This document shows, piece by piece, positions 32,582 through 41,791 of a DNA stretch of 64,000 bases. Position numbers and translations under genes: made by a program. The stretch is from assembly GCA_905479945.1 (NCBI GenBank), contig CAJQOP010000047.1:6122-70121 (forward strand). The letters run 5' to 3'. The notes beneath the pieces are model-generated. The model had not been told where the DNA came from and did no database searches. It saw only the letters and a program-made list of their open reading frames with translations. The stretch's first letter is position 1. Each line of letters begins with the position of its first letter. The stretch comes from an uncultured Glaciecola sp. GTDB taxonomy: Bacteria > Pseudomonadota > Gammaproteobacteria > Enterobacterales > Alteromonadaceae.

Positions 32582-33222
32582 AATGCTTGAACAAACTTCA
32601 TATGCGTGTGCATTTCAGCATCACTAGTTATTTCTTTGGCTAACTCACCGCCAACACCAATACCTTGAATTCCGGACGATAACCAGTGAGCTGCATTGCC
32701 TTGATTAATTCCGCCTACGGCAAACATTGGAATTTGGCTGAAAGGACCTCTTAGTGCGCTAAAATAGTCTAGGCCCATAGGCACAGCAGGAAAAAGCTTC
32801 ACTATGTCAGCGCCATAACTCACCGCCTGAGAAACCTCTGTAGGCGTTAATGCGCCCATTAGCACGGGAATATTGTATTTATGTGCAAGTTTCACAACAG
32901 CTTCATTTACGTTTGGAGTAACTAAAAATTGTGAACCCGCTTCAATTGCTTGCTTTGCTAATTGCTCATTAACAATAGTACCAGCGCCTATCAACTGATT
33001 TGGATACTTATTGCGAGAGAACCCAATATGATCACAAAAATCCATTGTATTAGAGGTTATTTCAAGAACTTTAACACCTCCACTGATTAAACACTCAATG
33101 GACTTTTGAACGTGCTTGCTGTTAGGTAATCGCACAATAGCCAAAAGTTTTGCTGACACAATAACTTGCGCAATTTGATCGCGAGTGGCTCGTTTAAATT
33201 CACCTGCTAATTCGTATTTCAC
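32560..33222 (-). CDS. eda: KDPG/KHG aldolase
   Basis: LEIT, IGAGT, FLVTP, TPTE, VKLFPA, GGI. Confidence 0.85.
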   Translation of the reverse strand: MKYELAGEFKRATRDQIAQVIVSAKLLAIVRLPNSKHVQKSIECLISGGVKVLEITSNTMDFCDHIGFSRNKYPNQLIGAGTIVNEQLAKQAIEAGSQFLVTPNVNEAVVKLAHKYNIPVLMGALTPTEVSQAVSYGADIVKLFPAVPMGLDYFSALRGPFSQIPMFAVGGINQGNAAHWLSSGIQGIGVGGELAKEITSDAEMHTHMKFVQAFIASLKI

Positions 33223-33232
33223 TACAATCCGT

Positions 33233-34360
33233 TTACTTTAGTTCTGCCGATTCAAGCCCGTCTTCAGGTTCTTTTGTTTCCATGTCATCACTCGACAGTA
33301 AGACAGCTAACCATCTGCTCTCTTCGCGCGATTCAAGTGCTATTTTAACAACCATGGTTAAGGGAACTGAAAGTAACATTCCAACGCTACCTAACATCCA
33401 TCCCCAAAATATCAACGACAAGAATACAACTAATGTTGATAGCCCTAGTCCACGGCCCATGAAACGGGGTTCAATAACATTCCCCATCACCATATTAACG
33501 ATAACGAAGCCAAGTCCTGCCAAACCGGCTTTTGCGAAACCGAACTCTACAAACGCCATTAAAACTGCTGGCACAGCCGCAATAATGGAACCAATGTTTG
33601 GAATGAAATTAAACAGAAAAGCTAATACAGCCCAAAGTAAAAAGTGGTCAACACCCAAAAAGTATAACCAAACAGCAATAAATAAACCTGTGGCTAAACT
33701 AACCAATGTTTTAATAGCAAGATAGCTATTCACTGACTTCAAAAATCGATCGATGTGAGTCATTTTCATATTTGGATCAGACAAAGCAACGTGAATACGT
33801 TTAGGCATACTTTCCGCTTCAAAGAGCATAAAAATAACAGTCAATAGAATCAAAATAAGATTCGAGAGCACGCTACCCATGCCGCTCAAAAATCCGGTCG
33901 CAACTGACATTGCCGAACTTGGGTCGAGGTAAGACAACAATAAATCCTTGTCGATAATAATATTCAATACCGCAAGTTTACTAATGATCCAAGCGAACTC
34001 ACCCGTGAGTTGTTCGCGGTAAATAGGCATATTTTCTCTGAACTCGGTCAGTGACTGTGTAATTAACCCAGCCAACATAAAACCAATCACCACAATTATG
34101 AGTATAACTAAAGTAACAGAAGCCCAACGCGGAACTTTGTATTTGCTAGCCCAATTAATAAGAGGACTACATGCAATTGCAATAAAAGCAGATAAGAGAA
34201 ATGGCACCATTATAACACTCGCCGCTTTAACACCTGCGAGAACAATAATAATGCAAGCCATGACTAACATGGCCTTTGCAATAGGTGATTTGATATCCAT
34301 ACAACCTCTTCTGCTAAAATAATTGACGCCAGCGCCGTGAATTTGGCTATAGTTAACCAA
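33233..34360 (-). CDS. AI-2E family transporter (start may be ~33 codons... downstream at MDIKSP)
   Basis: NFIPNIGS, GNVIEPRFMG, GLSTLVVFLSLIFWG. Confidence 0.88.
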   Translation of the reverse strand: MVNYSQIHGAGVNYFSRRGCMDIKSPIAKAMLVMACIIIVLAGVKAASVIMVPFLLSAFIAIACSPLINWASKYKVPRWASVTLVILIIVVIGFMLAGLITQSLTEFRENMPIYREQLTGEFAWIISKLAVLNIIIDKDLLLSYLDPSSAMSVATGFLSGMGSVLSNLILILLTVIFMLFEAESMPKRIHVALSDPNMKMTHIDRFLKSVNSYLAIKTLVSLATGLFIAVWLYFLGVDHFLLWAVLAFLFNFIPNIGSIIAAVPAVLMAFVEFGFAKAGLAGLGFVIVNMVMGNVIEPRFMGRGLGLSTLVVFLSLIFWGWMLGSVGMLLSVPLTMVVKIALESREESRWLAVLLSSDDMETKEPEDGLESAELK

Positions 34361-34503
34361 ATGTAGCTACCGTTTAATAATGGAAATGACTTTGCCGCCT
34401 ATTGATTAGATGACATTAGTACTATTTGTAGTATGACAATTTTTTAAAAACAATCACATATAAAGTTTTAAACGATCTCAAAACAACGGGAAATTTTGAA
34501 TTA

Positions 34504-34869
34504 ATGAATTTAAATCAAGCCACCATAAGAATAAAGAATCTAAGACTACGCACTTATATTGGAATCAATGATGATGAAATTAAAAACCAGCAAGATGTGG
34601 TTATTAACGTCAAAATTCACTATGACGCAAAAAAGGCAACCGACTCGGATCTCATGGACCACGCCTTAAATTATAAGATAATTACCAAGGCCATTATCAG
34701 GCTTGTTGAAGATAACCGTTTCTATTTATTAGAAAAGCTTACGCATGATGTATTGAAAATCGCCGCCGATCATCCATGGGTTACCTTTGCAGAGGCCGAA
34801 GTAGATAAACCTCACGCTCTGCGTTTTTCAGATTCAGTGTCGTTGTCACTTTCTTGCACCAAGGAGTAA
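34504..34869 (+). CDS. folX: Dihydroneopterin triphosphate 2'-epimerase
   Basis: [32 protein letters not shown]. Confidence 0.93.
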   Translation: MNLNQATIRIKNLRLRTYIGINDDEIKNQQDVVINVKIHYDAKKATDSDLMDHALNYKIITKAIIRLVEDNRFYLLEKLTHDVLKIAADHPWVTFAEAEVDKPHALRFSDSVSLSLSCTKE

Positions 34870-34875
34870 TTTAGT

Positions 34876-35766
34876 ATGAGTAAGCGTATGTTGATCACTG
34901 GTGGGACTGGTCTAATTGGCCGTTCGTTAATTAAAAGCTTATCTAGTAAATATGCGATTACCGTTGTCACAAGAGACCCTGCCAGAGCGAAAAGGTTACT
35001 TGGTGATAACACCAGTTATATCACGGCAGAGGCATTGAAATCGGTAGATGAGTTTGACGCAGTAGTCAATTTAGCGGGTGAGCCCATTGCAGACAAGCGC
35101 TGGACTGATGCTCAAAAAGACCGAATTTGCAAAAGCAGATGGGATATTACGCAGCAACTTGTCGACATAATAAATGCATCAGCGAAGCCGCCCAGCGCTT
35201 TTATTAGTGGATCAGCGATTGGCGTGTATGGCCGACAAGGTGACAAAGTAGTCACTGAAGACTTTACAGATTTTAACGATGAGTTTAGTCGAGAAGTGTG
35301 TAAAAAATGGGAAGAGATTGCCCTGCAAGCAACTACGCGAACATGTGTAATGCGCACTGGCGTTGTGCTCTCAGATAAAGGCGGTGCCTTAGCCAAGATG
35401 CTCATGCCTTTCAGATTAGGCTTAGGCGGTCCTATAAGCACTGGCAAGCAATTTATGGCCTGGATACATATAGAAGATATGGTAAAGGGAATTGAATATT
35501 TGCTTGATAGCAATGAAGCGAAAGGCGTTTACAACTTGACCTCTCCAAACCCAAACACAAATCACTTTTTCTCGCTTGCACTTGCTCGCCGATTAGAGCG
35601 ACCTTGTATTTTTAGAGTGCCCGCATTTGTAATCAAAACTTTAATGGGTGAGTCATCAGACTTAGTGCTGTTTGGCCAAAAAGTAGTTCCGCAGCGTTTG
35701 CTGGATGAAGGGTTTACATTTTCTTACCCTACATTAAAGGAAGCATTAGCTGAGTTAGATTTATAG
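34876..35766 (+). CDS. TIGR01777 family NAD-dependent oxidoreductase (YfcH-like)
   Basis: ITGGTGLIG, VVNLAGEPIADKRW, SGSAIGVYG. Confidence 0.9.
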   Translation: MSKRMLITGGTGLIGRSLIKSLSSKYAITVVTRDPARAKRLLGDNTSYITAEALKSVDEFDAVVNLAGEPIADKRWTDAQKDRICKSRWDITQQLVDIINASAKPPSAFISGSAIGVYGRQGDKVVTEDFTDFNDEFSREVCKKWEEIALQATTRTCVMRTGVVLSDKGGALAKMLMPFRLGLGGPISTGKQFMAWIHIEDMVKGIEYLLDSNEAKGVYNLTSPNPNTNHFFSLALARRLERPCIFRVPAFVIKTLMGESSDLVLFGQKVVPQRLLDEGFTFSYPTLKEALAELDL

Positions 35767-35833
35767 CTAGCTTGCGGTGACAGTGCGCTATCATGTAAGA
35801 TTTTGTACAACAAAAAATTCTTAGGTATATAAC

Positions 35834-36445
35834 TTGAATATTGATTTATCCAGCATGTCTAGCACCAGCGTTTATCATTTAATGACGCAAACTATTATTC
35901 CTCGCCCCATTGCGTGGGTGTTGTCTGAAAACAATGATGCTAGTCTGAATTTAGCTCCTTTTTCATACTTCAATGCAGTGTGCAGCGATCCCCCGTTGCT
36001 TATGCTTTCAATGGGTAAGAAACCAAATGGCAACACCAAAGATACTTCTGCCAATCTTGTCGAAGGTAAATTTTGCGTTATTCATATTGCACATGCTCAG
36101 CAGTCTGATCAGGTAACCGGAACTGCTGCGACCTTGGAGTACGGTGAAAGTGAGATAGAAGCAAATCAAATTGAGCTTATTAGCCATGACAACTGGCCGA
36201 TTAAACGCATTAAAGAAAGCCCTATTGCCTACTTATGCAAAGTTCACAGTACTCAGGAAATTGGAAATACACCGCAGCAATTAGTATTTGCTGAAGCAAT
36301 TGAAGTTTACATCGATGATGCGGCCGTAAACCAAGAAAATAATCGCATAAAAGTAGATGCTTTAAAGGTTAATCCATTGGCTCGACTCGGTGCAAGTCAA
36401 TATGCGAATTTGGGCGAAGTATTTAGCAAATCTCGCCCTATGTAA
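35834..36445 (+). CDS. Flavin reductase family protein (start TTG)
   Basis: PRPIAWV, NLAPFSYFN, KDT, PLARLG. Confidence 0.88.
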   Translation: MNIDLSSMSSTSVYHLMTQTIIPRPIAWVLSENNDASLNLAPFSYFNAVCSDPPLLMLSMGKKPNGNTKDTSANLVEGKFCVIHIAHAQQSDQVTGTAATLEYGESEIEANQIELISHDNWPIKRIKESPIAYLCKVHSTQEIGNTPQQLVFAEAIEVYIDDAAVNQENNRIKVDALKVNPLARLGASQYANLGEVFSKSRPM

Positions 36446-36490
36446 GCGCATGTAAAGTTGTCCCGAAGTAGGAGAAATAGTATTCCCGAA

Positions 36491-36535
36491 AGCTATCAAT
36501 AACAGCTATCAATAACAGCTCTCAATAACAGCTCA
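36491..36535. repeat. 13-bp intergenic tandem repeat x3.5
   Basis: agctatcaataac, agctatcaataac, agctctcaataac, agctc(a). Confidence 0.85.
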
Positions 36536-36559
36536 CAAGAATACTTCGGTTTTTCGTAT

Positions 36560-37558
36560 TTACAGCTTGACGATCAACTTGCCATTGTTACCGCCAGTTA
36601 GCAGTAAATTTAGACCGTCAATTGCAGACTCTAAACCATCTAATGTATGTGCCCGATGCTTAATTTTACCTTGCATCACATATGGTGTCAGTTTGGCAAT
36701 TAATCCCGGTATTTCTGCGTAATGATCTGGCATTGTGAAACCTTGTATAGTCAAACGCTTTTTGATAATAGGGATCCAATTCGGTCCAGCACTTGGGGTT
36801 TCAGAACCATAATCTGCAATCATCCCACAAACGGCTATTCGACCATGTGCATTCATCGCTTCAAAAATATGGTTCTGTATTGCTCCACCAGTATTTTCAA
36901 AGTAAATATCAACGCCATTTGGTGCAAGTTCTGCCAACTTTGCAGCAATATCATCTGTCTTATAATTGATTGCGCCATCAAAGCCTAACTCATCGACAAT
37001 CCAGTTGCATTTTTCATCATTACCCGCCACGCCCACTACAGTTAAACCATCAGCTTTTGCTAATTGACCAACAATGGAGCCTACAGAACCCGCCGCACCA
37101 CTTACCACTATGGTTTCACCGGCTTTAGGTTTAGCTACACCATACAAGCCTTGCATTGCAGTTATGCCGGGAAGCGCAAATACTGATAGGACCATAGACG
37201 GATCTAAGCCTTCTTGCACTTTATTCAAGCCTGGCCCGGCGCTCAAAAAATATTCTGTCCAGCCCATCATGCCCATTACTCGATCACCTACATTAAAATC
37301 GGGGTGATTACTTTGCACAACCTCGCCTATGCCTGAGGAGCGCATAACGTCCCCTAAAGCGACTGGAGGAATATAGCTTTTAGTGTCTGAGCTCATCCAC
37401 CCGACCATCGCCGGATCAAGCGACATATGAGTTTGTTTTACTAGAAATTGACCTGCCCCAACTTCTGGCATATCTTTTTTAATCACTTCAAAGGTATCAG
37501 AGCCAATAGGGCCTGGAACCGGACGCTTTTTGAGGTTAATTGCGGTGTAGGTACTCAT
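36560..37558 (-). CDS. NADP-dependent oxidoreductase (CurA/prostaglandin reductase family)
   Basis: SLDPAM, SGAAGSVGS, YFENTGG, GKLIVKL. Confidence 0.9.
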   Translation of the reverse strand: MSTYTAINLKKRPVPGPIGSDTFEVIKKDMPEVGAGQFLVKQTHMSLDPAMVGWMSSDTKSYIPPVALGDVMRSSGIGEVVQSNHPDFNVGDRVMGMMGWTEYFLSAGPGLNKVQEGLDPSMVLSVFALPGITAMQGLYGVAKPKAGETIVVSGAAGSVGSIVGQLAKADGLTVVGVAGNDEKCNWIVDELGFDGAINYKTDDIAAKLAELAPNGVDIYFENTGGAIQNHIFEAMNAHGRIAVCGMIADYGSETPSAGPNWIPIIKKRLTIQGFTMPDHYAEIPGLIAKLTPYVMQGKIKHRAHTLDGLESAIDGLNLLLTGGNNGKLIVKL

Positions 37559-37707
37559 ATTGGACTCTCCGTTAATGTTATAGGTACTTTAGATATCGAA
37601 ATGCTAAATACAGATTAGGCATTTTCATCGATTTTTACTATCGAAATTAAAGAAGCACCATTATTACTGTATAAAGTGTTAAGATATATAGTCAATAATG
37701 CGAATGT

Positions 37708-37728
37708 TTATTGTTATAAAAGCAATAA
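37708..37728. promoter_or_regulatory. Probable LysR operator (T-N11-A palindrome)
   Basis: ttattg-N9-caataa between the divergent oxidoreductase and LysR genes. Confidence 0.55.
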
Positions 37729-37754
37729 TAAAGTAAAAATCAATGGATACTTAG

Positions 37755-38660
37755 ATGGATCAATTACGAGCCCTACGTTATTTCAGTAAAGTCGCGGAAA
37801 CTGGCAGTTTTACGAAGGCAGCAAAGGCATTTGATGTGCCGCCCTCTTCGCTTTCTCGCCGAGTGGCCGATCTAGAAAAGAGTCTTGGCGCTACCTTGCT
37901 AAAACGCTCAACTCGAGTTGTAAAACTGACGGAAATTGGTCAGACCTACTACAAGCAGATACGTGACATTCTTAATCAATTAGAACAAAGTAATGAAGTG
38001 GTTAGTAATTATCAGGCTAAACCCATGGGCCATCTGCATATCAGTTCGATGGTCGGTTTTGGGGAGCCTATTTTACTGCCTCTTTTGGATGAGTTTAGTA
38101 AATTGTATCCAGAAATAGTTTTAGATGTCAGCCTGACTGACGAGCTATCGACTTTGAGTCGTGATGATGTGGACATCGCCATTCGTGGCGGTTATGCCCC
38201 TAATGAAAGAGTCGTTGCGATTAAATTGATGAGCAATCATTTTATTCCGGTAGCTGCACCCAGTTACCTTGCCGATATGGGCAGACCTAAAAGTGCTTTG
38301 CAGTTAGCTCAGCATAAGGGTATATATTTTCGCACTCCAAATGGGCCGACACCTTGGTTATGTAAACTTGATGGGCAATGGCAAGATGTCTCTGCGCCAC
38401 AAGTTGCTGTATCAAATAATGGTAGTTGGCTAGCGAAAAAAGCCTTAAATGGCGACGGTATAATGATGGCTCCCTGGTGGGCATTAGCTCGGCATATTGA
38501 AAGCGGAAAACTACAAGAGTTGGTATTTGAACCGCCATTGTCTATAAGTCAAAATGATGACCTAGCCGTATACTTGCTGTATCAAAAACACCGATACCTA
38601 GTGCCTAAAGTTAAAGCGGCTGTAGACTTTTTGGTTGCAAGAATAAAAGGTAAATATTGA
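37755..38660 (+). CDS. LysR family transcriptional regulator (DmlR/CrgA-like)
   Basis: GSFTKAA HTH, LLKRSTR, DIAIRGG. Confidence 0.93.
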   Translation: MDQLRALRYFSKVAETGSFTKAAKAFDVPPSSLSRRVADLEKSLGATLLKRSTRVVKLTEIGQTYYKQIRDILNQLEQSNEVVSNYQAKPMGHLHISSMVGFGEPILLPLLDEFSKLYPEIVLDVSLTDELSTLSRDDVDIAIRGGYAPNERVVAIKLMSNHFIPVAAPSYLADMGRPKSALQLAQHKGIYFRTPNGPTPWLCKLDGQWQDVSAPQVAVSNNGSWLAKKALNGDGIMMAPWWALARHIESGKLQELVFEPPLSISQNDDLAVYLLYQKHRYLVPKVKAAVDFLVARIKGKY

Positions 38661-38820
38661 TCACATGCATGCGCTCTGCAAACAAAGCAAAAGACGATAC
38701 TCGATTCCGCAAGCATACGCAGTATTTAGAGCATCGCTAATGCCAGGGCTTTCCCATGTCAATATCTACTTAGCTGTCAGCTTAGTGCCAATTTTAAGCT
38801 TAGTTTCTTAGTCCATCAGT

Positions 38821-39333
38821 TTATGGCAACGTGCCAGTCTGTTGCAATCGAGCTGCTCTTTTCTTGAGCCAGATGAACTGCGCTATGTAACCTACAAAGA
38901 AAATCACAAAAAATAACAGATAAAATTGCTTCAATAACGGGTCATGAAAAGTCTTCAAATAGGGGTCATCAACTGGAAGGCGGAGCAATCCATCTGTAAT
39001 AGCAGGCACCATGTGGAACAACAATGTGCCTGAAAAGCAAAACGCCTGAAAATAATCTGCTATTTTAGAAAACATTGATATTTTGGTGACAAAAAAACCA
39101 GCGATCAAGGCTAAAATGGTAAGCACCGCAAGCACATGCGCCGGCCCAAAGCCTCCTTGGTTATAAATCATTAGTGCAGTCACTGCGGCAATGAGTGTGC
39201 AAGCCAAATAAATCTGCCCTGATTTGTGCTCCAGTGTAATTATTTTATAAATTACTAGTGTGTAAAAACCTGCAATTAAAGCAACGATCGCAATAATTGT
39301 GTGAAACCAACCCAATATCGTTATTTCTGGCAC
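38821..39333 (-). CDS. Small multi-pass membrane protein (DUF2306-like)
   Basis: Five TM helices, GWFHT, GFGPAH; start GTG. Confidence 0.6.
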   Translation of the reverse strand: MPEITILGWFHTIIAIVALIAGFYTLVIYKIITLEHKSGQIYLACTLIAAVTALMIYNQGGFGPAHVLAVLTILALIAGFFVTKISMFSKIADYFQAFCFSGTLLFHMVPAITDGLLRLPVDDPYLKTFHDPLLKQFYLLFFVIFFVGYIAQFIWLKKRAARLQQTGTLP

Positions 39334-40044
39334 AGTAATTTCCTTATTTTGTTTGATGCTTTAACATAATTGCGTAAAGCGTATTTTGACACCTAAAGAG
39401 TAGGTGCCAGAACCAATCTATAAAAAAGTGATAGACAAGGCCAAAAATATTCGCCAATCCAGCTCGTCTAGTCGTTTTCGAATCAACACTTTGTTCCTAT
39501 TTTTTACCCAATAGAGTGGGTTTCCCGAAAGTCACAGTAAAGTAATAGACTGCCATTTTTAGCGCTCCAAAGCACCACTTTATATTAAATAAAATTTCAA
39601 TGGTTCAGCAGTGTTTGATATATTCATCAGCCTCTTTTCACTTTTCATTATAATAAAGTCTGATAATTTTCGGTTCTTTTTCAATTATCCGAATCTCCGC
39701 AATGCCCAATAACTAGCGCTCATATTGAATCTTCTAACTTCACTTCCATCAAGCCTCCATTCAACGTTAACGCGTGACTGTCGACTGCTAGCCATTGCAG
39801 CCGCTTTAATACGGCAATAACGGCCATACGCCGTCCAGAATTGTGTGAGAAGTTCGTGTTATCAGCACTCGTGAGGTTAACTAAAGTGACAGGCTGTTGC
39901 GAGCTATAAGCGGATCTTGAAATTCCTGAAGATCCGCTCCTTACAGCGGTCATTGAAGAGGTTTAGTATTTTAAAGCGACCTAATCGCGATCTAAGAAGC
40001 TTTCAGGGTATTGCTCTGCAATATGGTAGGCCCCTTAAGCTCAT

Positions 40045-41148
40045 TTAGTTTGGCTGGGTATTCTCAGAAACAATACAGACACGGTTGCGACCACTTCGCT
40101 TGGCCGCATATAGATTCGTATCGGCTTTGTTCATTGCAGATTCAAGTTCTTTGACTTGTTCGGCCATGGCAATACCAAAGCTCGCAGTTATTTTAAGCGG
40201 CGTCTCTTCAGTTGCATAAAAAGACGTTTTTTCTATTTTTTCGCGTATCGCATTGGTGATTTTTTCTGCCTCATCAAGTTGCGTATTAGGGAAAACAATT
40301 AAGAACTCTTCGCCGCCCATACGCGCCACTAAATCTGAGTTTCGGATACTTTGCTGTAAAATATTTGCAAACAATATAAGAACTCTATCCCCCGCGTCAT
40401 GCCCATGAGTGTCGTTTACTTTTTTAAAGTGATCAATGTCGATCATAATGATGCTAATTGGTAATAGCGAGCTATTTTTAGTATTCACTTGGTCTAAGAA
40501 AAATGAGGTAATATATCTGCGATTAGGCAGATTCGTCAGCGAGTCAGTGTTAGCTTGAATTTCTTTTTCGGAGTTTAGCAGCATCATTGCTTGGTGACTT
40601 TTATAACGAGTAAATTCGCTGGTAAAAATGAAGATGTCGATTACTGCTAAAGATGCTAAAAATCGGCTACTTTCTACAAAAGAATATTTGGCAATGGTGT
40701 ATTGGGGATTAAATAGCAAAACGGCAGACAGTAAAAACACAATAATACTGCTTATCATTCCCCAACGATATCCCAGTAGAATAAACATGGCAAATTGAAA
40801 CGGAAATATCCAATACAGACCAGTGTTTTCATAACCTCCGGTATATACTTGTCCTAGCATCAAACAGCCTACGGTGAAGCCCGTGAACTGAATAAAGTAA
40901 ATTTTGTTCTTAAATTTTTGGGCGAGCAATACGCTACCAATAATCAATGCACTGCCAATTGAGTAGAGAAGTTGTAGCCCGACGTATTCGGTGTTGAAAT
41001 ATTTATAGGCGAAATAAAAAAGAATCATTGAGCCCAAATAGCTAGTCACATAAAATATGAAAAGACGTCTGGTGGACTCAACATCAGATAAGTCAACAAG
41101 TGTAGTGCTTGTTTTTAAGATTTTTTGATTTTTATTACTATTTTGCAT
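40045..41148 (-). CDS. Membrane-bound diguanylate cyclase (GGEEF)
   Basis: About six TM segments, DSLTNLPNRR, DIDHFKKVNDTHGH, RMGGEEF. Confidence 0.93.
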   Translation of the reverse strand: MQNSNKNQKILKTSTTLVDLSDVESTRRLFIFYVTSYLGSMILFYFAYKYFNTEYVGLQLLYSIGSALIIGSVLLAQKFKNKIYFIQFTGFTVGCLMLGQVYTGGYENTGLYWIFPFQFAMFILLGYRWGMISSIIVFLLSAVLLFNPQYTIAKYSFVESSRFLASLAVIDIFIFTSEFTRYKSHQAMMLLNSEKEIQANTDSLTNLPNRRYITSFFLDQVNTKNSSLLPISIIMIDIDHFKKVNDTHGHDAGDRVLILFANILQQSIRNSDLVARMGGEEFLIVFPNTQLDEAEKITNAIREKIEKTSFYATEETPLKITASFGIAMAEQVKELESAMNKADTNLYAAKRSGRNRVCIVSENTQPN

Positions 41149-41791
41149 GCACTAATGTATCGTCAAAACAACGCCATCACAAATATCATTATTACATATC
41201 GGCTGAATAGGCAATTGATTGACAATTATCATCGCTATTCCATCGATGGTTAAGTCAAGTTGCGAGACAACTAAACGAAAGGCTAAGAGAAACGTTAGAC
41301 TATGAGACACTAGCAGAGAAATTTAGCCAATGTGTTAAGTCGATCGATTGATCTCACAGCCCATTATTGCCATTCTATGATAATTTTGAAACATCTGCTT
41401 TTTTAAAATAAGTAATACTACGTATATCTTAACTGTTTACAGAAGGATACTTTGATGGGTGGCGAAGACGAAAATCAGTTTGTTCAGCTCAATGCCTGTT
41501 TGGTATTCTTCTATAATTCATAGCTGGCAAGAGAGTTGATTAAACCAAATAAAAACCCGAGATTCTGGCGCAAAAAAAGGCAACTTTCCGCGGTTTCCAT
41601 AGCTATATTTTGGCTTTCAATATTGAGATAGTTAAGTGCCTCAATCCTTTAGTGCATTACGAACAGTCGGGCAGTATTAATACTGTCTGTACTTAAACCA
41701 AAGCTTAGCTTTAGTAAGAAATAATTAATGTTGTCTTGCTGGAATTTTAGCAAGATTCAGTAACATTTAGTTACAGATTCATAAGGGTGTT

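Noticed and set aside
39720-39953. 77-aa ORF from the track
   Set aside because: No recognisable motif or RBS; overlaps hairpin and dispersed-repeat DNA; likely spurious.
41149-41791. c-di-GMP riboswitch in the 640-bp gap between the two c-di-GMP genes
   Set aside because: No GEMM-type GGCAAA/GNRA-receptor architecture could be identified by eye; an Rfam scan would be needed.
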